Notes: a model not told the origin generated them from the letters alone. Counted from the stretch's first letter, positions 12,446 to 24,387 are shown. The stretch: 64,000 nucleotides of DNA from Elsinoe ampelina (GCA_010093995.1 ML992512.1:186001-250000); one strand, 5' to 3'. A program made the numbers and translations.

Positions 12446-14130
12446 ATGAAGACAATTCAGGTAGTGCTAGCGCTTGCCGGAGTGGCTTCAGCTCGGTTTG
12501 AGCCCTTGCAGCACCTTGGGGCGAATAGCCCATGGTTCGCAGGTGAGTTTCGTCTATGGAGTTGCGTCCATCGCCTGCTAAAGGCGTATTTAGGCCCAAA
12601 CAACAATGCCATCTCTGCTGAGGTGCCAGCTCAGTGTACAGTCGACCAGGCATTCTATGTCGTTCGTCATGGGAGTCGATACCCAGATCCGGGAGCATAT
12701 CGAGAATGGACCGATCTACATGCAAAGGCAAGTGTTGCTTGTTCAATTTAGTCAGGTATACTTACAGTTGCAGCTTCAATCGGCCAACTACACAGCAAGG
12801 GGTGACTTGGCCTTCATGAAGAGCTGGAAGCCAGTGCTCGAGTACCCAGATCAACAGATAGCAATGCTGTCCCCAGGAGGGTACCGAGAGTTGTGAGTGC
12901 CCCCGGAAAAGATGTGCTCCTGGTGCTGACTTGGACCGTAGATACACGCTTGGGTCTCATTTGAGATTTCGGTATCCAGAATTCTATGAATATGGCCAGC
13001 CATTCCTTCTCTGGGCCAATGACTATCAGAGGACGATCGATTCTGCCAGGTAAGCGACGAGTAATGTGGCCGCTAGCCGTCCTGACGTATCAGACTTTTT
13101 GCCCGTGGCTACCTTGGCCCGAATTCTTCGTTGGCGGACATCCATGTCGTGACTGCTTCTCAGCCGTCTGCTCTGGGTAACTCACTTGCCACGTCCGACC
13201 AGTGCCCCACGTTCAAGGACACCAGCGGAAGTCCTAAAACGACTACCTGGGACGCTGAGTACTTGCCAAAGATTATTCGTAGGCTGAACAGAATGATCGA
13301 AGGAGGGTTCGAGCTCAATGCAACCGATGTGCCAAAGCTCCCTTACCTTTGTGGTTTCGAGACACAAATCACTGGTCGGAGAAGTCCTTGGTGCGATGTG
13401 TTCAAGGAGTCTGAAATCCTGGACTATGAATACCGGCAAGACCTTCGGTACTATTACGGCACGGGTCCCGGAGCGGGGAATAACGCATCAGTCATGCTGC
13501 CAGTCTTGCAGGGAGTCGTCGATGTTCTGACCGCTGGTCCCGGCGTGACGGCGAAGAGGACTAATGGGAGTGATGCGGTCTTACCTCGTCTGCTTGTGGC
13601 TTTCACCCATGACAACCAGATCAATGAGGTTGCTTCCATCACCGGAGTGTTTGACGAACAGCGTCCACTGAACCCCAGTCGACGGGATGACCGAAGAGTG
13701 AGCTGCTAAGCAAGTATTTGTCAAGGTCGACATGTGCTGAGGTTCGCAGATTTACATCAGCAGTAATATCAACCCGATGCGAGGCACCGTCACGTTCGAA
13801 AGGTTGAACTGCGATGGACAAATCAACGTTCGAGTACGATTGAACGACGCAGTGTATGCCGTGCCGTCGTGCAGCTCAGGACCGGGGAGCTCGTGTCCAT
13901 TGGCTGATTACGCATCTCTGGTGAAGCGGAGATTTGAGGCAGCAGGGCAATTCGGCCAATTCTGCAATGTGTCGCAAGACAAGGTGATAAAGTCGCCAAC
14001 GGGAGGAGTGACGTTCTTCACCGATCTGACACTACCTGCGATCAGAGTGGTGAAGCCAAGAGAGAGGTGGACGAGGCGGTGCAGGGCGATGGTGTGGTTT
14101 TTACGCTGCACTCCACAGAGACGAGTCTGA
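12446..14130 (+). CDS. Secreted histidine acid phosphatase / phytase-like protein
   Basis: Signal peptide; catalytic RHGSRYP and FTHD motifs; LCGFE and YEYRQDLRYYYGTGPG blocks; five short introns, one of them GC-AG (12728-12773). Confidence 0.93.
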
Positions 14131-14706
14131 CGAGATTACGCGGCCAGACCCTCGGTCCAAGGGTCGGTCGCTTTCTGACTTGCAGGGAGAGCGGTGTGGA
14201 AGGATTTGTGGGCGCAAGGGCGGTAGAGCAGCAGGGCATGCTCCGTAGCTGGCCGGCGGGTGTTCCTGGGAGGGCCAGTCGTTTTGTAGAAGGTCGTCAT
14301 CGTTTGTGTCAAAGGTCAAAGGGGAGATTGATTAATGCAAAGAAGCGGTGGTCTGTCCGTTTGAGAAATGCATACGGGTCTTCGGCTAGAGGCGTGTCCG
14401 CATACTAGAGGGCGGGATCCAGCACGACCTTGATGACTAGTCTTGCAGCCAGACGACACTACCATGAGCTTGGGCGTAGATCATGAGAGCTGCAGCCCGC
14501 ACCTGACCGCTGCCTTGAAAGGCTCACAACCCTTTGTGCTAGTTAAAGGCACGGTGTAGTGGACAAGAGTAAAAACGTGTCGCACAGCCTCTCGGTGTCG
14601 GCGAGCCTGCTTATGTGTCGTCATGGGAAGGTACTGTACTTGCACTGTACTGTGTATCGAATCGATTCGCTGCATGGAAAACGTCTCAAGCATGCTGTGC
14701 TTGGAT

Positions 14707-14854
14707 GCATCTGTGGACATATGTGGGCATCTGTGGGCATCTGTGGGCACATATAGTTTTACTAGCATTGGTCCAAGCAGTGATACTTCCGCAAACTCTC
14801 CCTCAGCTCCGTCATACGCACCACAGACACCACAGGCACCACAGGCACCACAGA
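14707..14854. repeat. Two short tandem arrays in opposite orientation
   Basis: 4x 10-mer RCAT(C/A)TGTGG at 14707-14746 and 4x 9-mer CACCACAGR at 14819-14854. Confidence 0.85.
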
Positions 14855-15621
14855 CGGGCCATATACACGTGTCGGCAGCCAAACCTTTTGCATCTCTCCT
14901 CTGCCTTGTGACAAACACAAGTCAAAGCAGGTGCACAACTTCTCCGCGGGTCATCTGCTAAGCCAAGTGTCAATCCATTGGACGTCGACCTGCTGTGCCG
15001 CATATCGGCACCGTGACCCTTGGAGGACGTGCTTGGAGACTGTCCTCAATTCTTGGAGATCTTGGAGAATGACATTGATCTCTCTACACAACCATCAATA
15101 CCCCTCCCGCTCGAACAAACCGAACCACGATTCACACAACGCCCTCCGTCTTCTCTGAGCAGCCTTGCAGAACTTCGAAATCCTATCGCACCCGTTGAAG
15201 CCGTTTGACGACCACGCATTGACTTCTAGATTTGACGCTGCACCTACCTTGCTTCAGCCTGCGTCTCAAGTTTAGATACCCACCACAAGAAGTACCCAGA
15301 TCTGTAACTCATACAGCAATCTGCTAGCCTTGCCTATCGACCAAAACTTACCAACAACCAGACACCTATAGCTGTCACACCTCGAGCTCGACCACCTGGC
15401 GAACCGCGGCTACCGCCCTGTTGCATCATTCCCCGCCAACAAGTTTTCAGCTGTCAAGCGGTTTTGCATGATTGCTGACCAGCTTTGAGAAATATTTGTC
15501 TAGCTACACTTCACCTGGAGAAGGACCCTGCCCAACCTGTCGTCCCCGAGGTGACACCTCCCCGTTGCCCGTCGTGGCCGACGACAACCACCTCCACCCC
15601 GCTTCTCAACACCCAAGCACA

Positions 15622-17205
15622 ATGGCGTCCCCGGCGCCTTTGCTGCGACCTCCAATACCGGGCAGCCGTAATGCCAGCAGCGGTAGGATGAAGCTTGGTC
15701 TGGCTATACCAGCTTCACCAAATCACCGCCCAGTTGTCAACTCACAAGCGGTACCGCCCCTCGAAATGCCGCGGCAAGCACCACCGAAATTATCCTTGGC
15801 GACACCAATGGGGAGTAATGTAACGCCGAGGGAAGAAGGAAGAGCCGGGGGACGAGGACGGTTACCGCCGTTACAAATAGGTGGAATATCAGCAAAGAGC
15901 ATGCAGGATATGAGCAGCGATGACAGCACAAGGTCAAGAAGCAACAGCCAGGCAGGGAGTCATGCAAACGAGTCAACGTCGACGACGGCATCGTCGTTCA
16001 ATCTGCCAGGCCTGCCGAGAGCGGCTTCACAAGATCCATTATCAGCCTACTCTTCATCATCAGCAGGTGGTGTAGCCATGGATCGAGGGGAAGGGAGCTT
16101 ACAGGGAGGAGTGTCGTTACCAGACCTCGAGAAGCTGAGTCTCGAGCGAGGTCGGCCTTTAGACGTGGAGGATCTGGACGACTCGGGATGGAAAGCAGCA
16201 AGCAAAGAGAACAAGATTGTCGAGCTCGGCAGTTTAGGTGAAGGAGCAGGAGGTGCAGTCACACGATGTATACTCAAAGGCGGCAAGACTGTCTTTGCGC
16301 TCAAGGTACATGTGTTCCCCATCCTCGTTGACATATCTGACGCCTTCTAGACAATCACCACAGACCCCAACCCCGACGTCAAGAAACAAATCGTCCGCGA
16401 ACTCTCCTTCAACAAGACCTGCGCCTCGGACCACATCTGCCGCTACTACGGCGCCTTCATGGACGACAACAACGGCACCATCGGCATCAGCATGGAATTC
16501 TGCGAAGGCGGCTCCCTCGACAGCGTCTACCGCGAAGTGAAGAAACTCGGCGGCCGCACCGGCGAAAAAGTCCTCGGCAAAGTCGCAGAAGGCGTCCTCA
16601 ACGGCCTCACCTACCTTCACGAACACCGCATCATCCACCGCGACATCAAACCCAGCAACATCCTCCTCACCCGCGCCGGCGAGGTCAAACTCTGCGATTT
16701 CGGCGTGAGCGGCGAGTTCGGCACAAAGGGCGACGCGAATACCTTCATCGGCACGTCGTATTACATGGCGCCCGAGCGAATCACCGGGCAGAGCTACACC
16801 ATCACGTCAGACGTGTGGAGTCTCGGCGTGACGCTGCTGGAGGTGGCACAGCACCGCTTCCCCTTCCCTGCAGACGGGAGCGAGATGCAGCCCCGCGCCG
16901 GCCTTATCGATCTGTTGACTTACATCGTGAGCCAACCGATTCCGAAGCTCAAGGACGAAATCGGCGGCGCGGACGGGGACGTGAGGTGGAGCGAGAACTT
17001 CAAGTACTTTATCGAGTGCTGGTGAGTCCATCATAGCGCGCATGAAAAAGGGCAAGGGATGCTGACTTGATGTAGTTTGGAGAAGGAACCCACTAAACGC
17101 GCCACGCCGTGGCGGATGCTGGATCATCCTTGGATGGTCGAGATGCGGGCCAAGAGGGTCAATATGGCTGCGTTTCTGAAGAAGGTGTGGGATTGGAAGG
17201 AGTGA
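15622..17205 (+). CDS. MKK1: MAP kinase kinase, cell-wall-integrity type
   Basis: [60 protein letters not shown]; introns 16306-16350 and 17022-17075; TGA 17203-17205. Confidence 0.96.
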
Positions 17206-17881
17206 TGTCCTCACTATGCCACAACACCACTATCGGACACGGATGTAGCATGGTAGAAGCAAAGACTCCGAGCGGAGGTGGAGATGGGCGGATGGGTGCG
17301 TAGTCTTGGAAGCGAGCGAGCAGTTGACGCGAAGAACACGGGGTGGGTTGCCTGCCCTTGAGATGTAGGAAGGGAAATTGGATGTAGGACTATTTTGACG
17401 GACCAGAGGGGGAGAGTAGGATCTGGAAAGCATTTCTCAGCTCCAGTGTGCAGGGGAACCAAAACCTGGACAGAAGCTGTGGTAGGGGCGGCATTTGTGT
17501 ACAAGGTTTTATGAACATCGATGATGACAACGCAAGCACTGCTGCGTCCTCCAAGTTTGCAAATGAGTTGGTTGTGACATGCAATGTACATTTGCTCCTC
17601 GCTCTAGCCTACCTGCTGCCTGGACTTTGCAGCCCGACGGTCCCACATTTGGCTATGGTGTGAGAGTCCGCTCCCCCATCTCTCGTCGAGGTCCTCTCAC
17701 CACCACCATCCCCATCCACGCTCTCGCCATATCCCCATTCGACACGTCCCTCCCTTCCCCAATCACCCTCCATCTCCCCACCGCTCGACCTCCACCCTCC
17801 CTGCCCGTCCCACCCCTTCTCCTTCCCTCCCCCCCGCCAATCCCCTCCCGCCCGCCACCGCCGACCGAGGATGGATAAACG

Positions 17882-19091
17882 TTAAACATCCCGCCCCTTA
17901 CTGGGCAACAGACGCGGCTTCTTGATGTGCTTCTCCTCATCGCTCGCCTGCAGGAGACCTAGGGCCCGGATCTCGCCGGCGTTCTTTGCGGCCGAGCGGT
18001 CGCTCGACGCGGCTTCGGCGCGGCGGTAGGCGGCTTGGAGCGCGGAGGTGCGTGCCGCCTTTTGTTGTTGTTAGTGTCTGACCATATGAGGAGGAGGGGG
18101 GGGGGAGAAGGGGAGATGGGGGTTGGGAGGGAGGGAGGGAGGGATGGATGGATGGAGAGGGGGAAAGGGGCCAGAGGGAGAGAAGGGACTAGGGAGGGGG
18201 GCGAGAAAGCGGAGGAGAAAGGCCTGGGGGAGGGTGTGGCTGGGTGTGGATGGTGGGAGCTCTTTCTCTTGCTATTCCTCCTCTTTTGGATTGTTGTGAA
18301 GGGTGGCGCCTCGTCGTCCGTGTTGTAGATAATCGTGCGGTTCGCCAGATTGACGAGCCGTGGTGCCGACCCTGCGATCCTTGTCGTTTGGGTTTGCGTT
18401 CCCTCTTCTTGTCCCGACTCTTGCTTATGCGATGCTGTGTACTGCCCGTGCTGTTCCCAGACTCGTTCGCTTTCGGCATTTTATCCCCTTTTCACCACCC
18501 TCATCTGTGATCCGACTCCACAGTCCCAGCCATATCCCAAGCATGTCCGCATTTCCCGACCCCAGTATCCCTTTCCCTGCGCCCTTTGACTCCATAACCT
18601 CCCGGAACCCTCTCCATCCAAATCCTCCATACCCCGGAACCCTCGCGCAAGTAGTCATGTACGACAAGAAAAGCAGACATACCTCCTTCCTGTGATGCAA
18701 ACACTCGTAATAATCCTCCAAAGGCGCGAGGCACTTTTTCTTGCCGCTATCGTCTTCGGCCGAAGTATTCACCACGTAACATGCCAACAGCTCTTGCCAG
18801 AAAGGGTAGCATCTTGATGGGCCTAGGGGGGGGCGTTAGTTTGCTTCCTCGGTTGGGTTGGGTGAGTTTGGGTGGGCCGGTCTTGGAGACGTAGTAGGAG
18901 TTGAAGATGCGGAGTATCTGGTGGTGAAGAGGGAAGGGAGAGAAGAGGTCTGTTATCGACAAGCAGGGGAGTTTGTGTAGATGGTCGCAGATGCCGGTTC
19001 GAGGGCGAGGTGATTGTTCGGTGTCGGAAGGATTCTGGGAGCTGGAGGGAGGGAGGGACATACCGCCTGAAAGACCATAGCCTGACGACAT
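17882..19091 (-). CDS. NDUFS5: NADH:ubiquinone oxidoreductase accessory subunit (NDUFS5-like, twin Cx9C)
   Basis: MSSGYGLSG|GPSRCYPFWQELLACYVVN...KKKCLAPLEDYYECLHHRKE|AARTSALQAAYRRAE...GRDV*; introns 18823-19063 and 18059-18682. Confidence 0.9.
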
Positions 19092-19209
19092 TGTTGATTC
19101 TCTGCTCTTTGGAAGAAGAGAAAGCTGTTGTGGGGCGCAATGCGTTCGAGCAATCGGCGTGGTGGTTGGCAGCGCGCAGGCCGGAGAGAGGAGTGGATTA
19201 TGTAAGCTG

Positions 19210-19217
19210 TGATTGGC
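19210..19217 (-). promoter_or_regulatory. CCAAT box (HAP complex-type) upstream of the complex I subunit
   Basis: GCCAATCA on the minus strand, about 120 nt upstream of ATG 19091. It fits a respiratory gene but is a short motif. Confidence 0.35.
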
Positions 19218-19819
19218 TGGGACTCTCGGAGTCCATACCATGCATCAACCTAAACATTCAATCCTGCATCACAATGTGATTTTTGACAATGTGGGAATAC
19301 GTATATGCATACATCAGGTTGATGCAGGAACAAGTCCAATGCCACAAGCCTTTCAGTGGCTGCTCAATTCAATATAATACTATGCGAAGAAGCGAAGCAT
19401 TTCTTTACAGAGGGTATATCCACCAAAAACGACACGCTGATCCCATCTTTGCCATTCTGCCAATACACCTTTCGATGATCTTGAACTTTACCATATCCTC
19501 TTAAATGTCCTTACAACTCACAATCTCTTCAGCTGTTCGGGGCTCTTCCTTCTTCCACGTGGCATGACACCTCGTCTCGTGCATGCGACCTACGTTTCGT
19601 GACATGGTGCTTCAGCAGACGTCGTTGTCAGAGCCGTTCTGATCATATCGGGCATTGGTAATCTGTTCGCAAATCGGCAATCAATCACAACCATACCGAG
19701 TCGTGAGTCTTGCGTGGTCGTTTCAGGTTCGTCAATCATGACTGGCGGAGGGTATAAAGCCACATGCCAATCACCGCAATCCACGCCTCATCGTAGGCTC
19801 ATCAGTCCATCCCCAATTC

Positions 19820-21808
19820 TCACCGCCCCGTACTGGCCTCCCACCTCCTCCTCAACTCCTCGGCACGCCGCTCATTCTCCCTCTGCCTCCTAACCTGCAT
19901 CTCGCTCTGGCTCGCCTTATAATCCGGCAAATCATCCTGATCCAACGGACTAAGCCCGCCCTCGGCGGCAAAATCCTCCTCGCCAATTGGACTGACGTCG
20001 CACGGAGAGATGGCCGACACCATACTGTCCCTGATGTCGCGACCGACGTTGCTGGGCGGACTGACTGCACCAGTATCGATTGTGAGGGCTGAGACGTTGC
20101 GTTGAAGCCAGGCGGCTTCTTCGTCGTTTGCGGGGGAGACGGGGCGGGATGGGACGCGGGGAATGTCCAGGCTGCGATTTGCTTGGAGACTTGGCCGCGG
20201 AGAGGAGGAGGGAAAGCTGCGTTGAGATGGGAGGGGAGGCTCGGGTGATAAGGGTGAGACGGGGCGGAGGATGCTTTCGGGCGTTAGTGGAGAAACTGGT
20301 TGGCGGGACACGTCAAGCGATCGCGAGGCTTGCGAGGCTTGCTGTTCTAGTCGTTGGGGAAGCGGCATGTCATATGATGACCCGCGAGCAGATTCACTGC
20401 TGCCTCTTGAGGAGAAGCTAGATTGTGTGGCCCAGCGAGCAAGCGGGTGCCCCGGCGGGAATGTGTTTGCATTCCGAGTCGTTGGGAGGTCTGGTGCAGA
20501 TTTTGGAAGGCCAGTCAGTGACGAGTAAGCTCGTGCAGCATCCTGCGATTCGCCAGGTCGGGCTTGTGATTCGGATATCATCGGTACAGAGTGTGCAGAG
20601 GAGGACGAGGTGGAGTGCTGTCTTTGTGACACCGTGGATGGATACCGTTGATGTGACGTCGGTAAAGGCGGAAGAGGCGGTTGATTTGCATGGGTAGAAT
20701 TCCATCGATTCTGAGGGTGATCTGGGCTCAGACCCGATGTCGCAGCAGCGAACAGAGCCATCTCTGGATCCATTGGTTGTTGAGGGAGATACTGCTGCGG
20801 GTAGCCTTGATGATACTGCTGCACCTGCGGGTTGGGCTGTTGTCCTGATTGTGAACCTTGACGATCCTGCGTATATCGCATTTGCTCGTCGTGTCTCCTC
20901 TGGCCACGATCCATCCAACTCGGCGTACTTGGCTGGCTGCTAGTATCTGATCGATACGACTCTGATCTGTACGGCATTTGTGGCGGTTCTAGCGGACTCA
21001 GAGGCTGTTGTGCAAATATCGGCTCCCTGGGTTTCAACTCGGCCAGGTTGGTCAAATCAGGATGCTGGGCGTGCAAGAACTTGTGCGAGAGCGCTTCCTC
21101 TGGTCGCTTTGCGGGTAAATCCTTCAAATTTTGCGGCTTCGGGTTTCGAGACGAGAGCAATGACAATTTGCGGCCAGGGCCACTGCTGGAGTCTTGAGAA
21201 GATCGTACATTCCATGAGTAGCCAAAACCTTTCGATTCGCTAATCATTGACTGGGCCTCGACTCGTGGTTGGAACGTCTCGGTAGCCTGCCATGGTTGCT
21301 TCGAAGGCGGCGGCGGAGCATGTCGAGGTTCGCTCGCTTTCGTCTTGGCCTTGGAAGAGCTTTTTGAATCTGATGTCTTTGACTTCTTCTTATTCTTGAG
21401 CCGAGCAAAGTCGGACGGTATGTCGGGGTGATCCATGCATTCAGAAGTGGCTGTGAACAGAGGGACAAAGCCTGGCGGCGCAAAGCAGGCGGGGATCCTG
21501 GAGAAATCTAGACCAAGAGCACCCGCCTGAACATCTAGAAGAGCGGAGTGCGAGTCTGGCATGAAGTCAGATGTTGGCGTCAAAGGATTGTGTCGAACAG
21601 GATATGGTGCTTCTTTGGACCAAGGAAAAGATGAAAAGACGGCTGAAGGAGACTGAGACTGCGCAATTGACAAAGGAGAAAGAGGGTAGAGACGTGGTGT
21701 AGCAAGTACCGCGTCAGGAGTCAGTGTGAGGTCGGTCTGTAGCATGGCCGACAAAGGTGAAGACGCCGAGGTGGATGCCGCGGCAGCTATAGTGCAGTGC
21801 AGTCTCAT
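19820..21808 (-). CDS. Hypothetical Pro/Ser/Gln-rich protein (start uncertain)
   Basis: 662-codon uninterrupted ORF; repeated (R)PVSP motifs; C-terminal DDLPDY followed by a charged helix. No family recognised. Confidence 0.7.
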   Translation of the reverse strand: MRLHCTIAAAASTSASSPLSAMLQTDLTLTPDAVLATPRLYPLSPLSIAQSQSPSAVFSSFPWSKEAPYPVRHNPLTPTSDFMPDSHSALLDVQAGALGLDFSRIPACFAPPGFVPLFTATSECMDHPDIPSDFARLKNKKKSKTSDSKSSSKAKTKASEPRHAPPPPSKQPWQATETFQPRVEAQSMISESKGFGYSWNVRSSQDSSSGPGRKLSLLSSRNPKPQNLKDLPAKRPEEALSHKFLHAQHPDLTNLAELKPREPIFAQQPLSPLEPPQMPYRSESYRSDTSSQPSTPSWMDRGQRRHDEQMRYTQDRQGSQSGQQPNPQVQQYHQGYPQQYLPQQPMDPEMALFAAATSGLSPDHPQNRWNSTHANQPPLPPLPTSHQRYPSTVSQRQHSTSSSSAHSVPMISESQARPGESQDAARAYSSLTGLPKSAPDLPTTRNANTFPPGHPLARWATQSSFSSRGSSESARGSSYDMPLPQRLEQQASQASRSLDVSRQPVSPLTPESILRPVSPLSPEPPLPSQRSFPSSSPRPSLQANRSLDIPRVPSRPVSPANDEEAAWLQRNVSALTIDTGAVSPPSNVGRDIRDSMVSAISPCDVSPIGEEDFAAEGGLSPLDQDDLPDYKASQSEMQVRRQRENERRAEELRRRWEASTGR

Positions 21809-24387
21809 GATGAAAGAAGAACAAGAAGAAACTAGCAGAAGAAAAGTAAAGCGGTACGGACCTCTGACCGGTGCGAAGCAGTCAACAGTGGTACCTGTTC
21901 ACTGGCGATATGGTCGAGCTGTGCAATATCGAATGCTGCGTCGCCGGTGAAGGGGTGGTGGCGGTGGTTGTTTACACGGTAGATTGTGGCCGTGTATAAG
22001 TCGCAGGCACAACACACACCGGTGCTGTGGTCTCTGATGTCAGAACGGCTGTCCGAGGCGGTCTCGCGAACGAATTGGGCGACCTTCACCGGTCGAAGTC
22101 GTGTTTTGGGAAATAGTCTCGCGCTGCTAGGTCATAAGCCACAGCCAAATTCTCGGGAAGCGCGACAGCTGAAGTTCTCGATTAACGCAGGTCGGCTGTC
22201 GTCCAGGGAGTAAAAGTTCGTTGCTCTCGTTCGCGTTTCGTTCGTCTATTGTCCAGCAAAAGTACTCGAGTTCGATTGTGGGGGTCGTCGAAATTGTCCG
22301 AGAGATGTCACAGAGTTCCTGATGATGATCACAGCCCAGTCGCGCGGATTGATCTAGCCCTGCAGGCCGTGGAGTCGTGGACAAGGATCTGGGCGAAGAT
22401 TGACAGGGCGACCTGCATGCAGGATGAGCGGTGGGTGAAGTGGTCGACTGTGCCGCCGACTATCGAATACAGCCCCGGATCCAGGCGTTCTGTAGTGTGT
22501 AGCTGAGAGGCAGAAGGAGAAGCAAAAAGGTGTTCAACACGAGAGCAATTACTACAGAGTATGACGGGCCCGGGGCCAAGGCGAGCGATCTGCTGCTCCT
22601 CCTTGGGAATGGATTGGCGGAAACGGCTGCCGGGAGGGAATGACAGTCTGAAAAAAGAATCCGGAGAGCTCATCAGACTCGATCAGAGGCTAGATAGAGC
22701 TTGGAGCTCAGAGCACGAACAGGCTAAGTCAGGGGGCAGGCGGTGTCCTGGGTGTCCTGATGTGCCCTGGTGTTCCAACACTTTGTTGAGAGCTTGAGCC
22801 GGTGGACAGGTCAGAGGGGGAAAAGAGATGAGCAGCCGCGTCTTGGTGTGGGATTGGCTGTGTCTGGTGTTGTCTCTGTCTGCGGTGGTCCCCTTTAGTT
22901 TCCCTGGTCGAAGCCCTTGATGTCTTTCACGATGCTTTTTAGTGCCACCGACCCCTTTCCGGTAGGTACATGTGCGACCACCAATTAACGGTCGAAGCCT
23001 CTGTAGCCGTCGAAAACATGTCGACGATTCCCTCGCTCGGAAGCATGACCAGCTACGGCACGTGAACTTGGGGGGGAGGGGCGAACCGTAATTGCGAAAG
23101 CAAAGGTGGTTGTGACATCTATAAATAGACATGGCCGAGTCACGACGGCCACGCTAGCGGTATTTCTTCTCATCACTAACCGTTAAAAGGTTGGAGACAG
23201 CAAGAGGCCAACAGAGACATCTTCTTTCCACGTTCCTTCCTTCTTCCACAAGGTGGATCCCCCAATCTTACACATGGCCTGAGTAGTCTCGACTTAGGCA
23301 GAATCCGGTAAGCCTCCTTCAGTTCCTCGAACGGCGATCATGCTCACCTTGAGTGTTTCTGACTCTGTTTCTTACTCTGTGACTCTCTTTGACTTCTCTG
23401 TCCCAGCTGTGATCCACAGCGGTGAGCTTTGGTGACAGAATAGCTTACGACCATGTCACGGTCCTACAGCACGACCGTCTCTACGACATCTCAATTGCAT
23501 ACTTACCACTTCTCCCACGCCCCGCGAGATCGTTCCTTTCATCAATTCAATCTCACCCCCACCCCTTCGCGTGACCAAGAATGACAGCTAACGGCGTATT
23601 TTGTGGCTTCCCTAACCTCGTCTGTGGCGCATCCTCCTTCTCCACCCGCGAGATCCTTTATCGTTCTCGACACCTGCAGCCTCACGAACGCAGTAGATTC
23701 CCCGCCGAGGCTGCCCTTACGATGTCATTGGGCTCCCATCGCCACGGCGATCTCCATGCAGGTCTTCATCATACCAACACATTGTTGAACAGCGATGCTT
23801 GGACCCGGCGCCCGGCTGTGGCTCTCGCTATAGGTGATGGGCATGTTGCATGCTGCAGATGGGGCTCATTGGGGAAACCATTTGGGGTTCTTGATCGTCG
23901 TCAATATTACATCCTGCAGGACATGCAGCTTGTGTGCCCGGAAGGCTGGGTCCGAAGTCCCGGCATGCTGATACTGTACCACTTGTACATGTACAGAAGC
24001 ACGTGTCTGCTTGCTAACTTCAAAACTTGCTGACGTCTTGACCGGAACAAGGATTGTTTCATCACCTCTGCACGGTATGTAGAAATGGCTTATGGCTTGC
24101 TGTACATGACTTTTGATTTGCATCCGCCTATCCGGAAGTTTTCCCACCACTCAGACCGTCAATGGGTCGATCCTGAAAACACCATGTCATCGCTACCCGT
24201 CGTCTCCAATAATCGTAGCTGTCGTCTCAAAAGAAGGGTCAAGGGCATTGCCACCGTAGTGCAAGCACACTCCGTACGTAGAGTCGATATACATAGGTCA
24301 GAGTTCGAGGTGAAATAAAGAGCTTGCGCTCTTCAAGATTCTTCCCATTCTTGTCTGGCACTTGTGACGACCAATACAAACACCCGC

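Noticed and set aside
23499..23507. ATACTTACC, resembling the 5' end of U1 snRNA
   Set aside because: The following sequence lacks the U1 continuation, stem-loops and Sm site.
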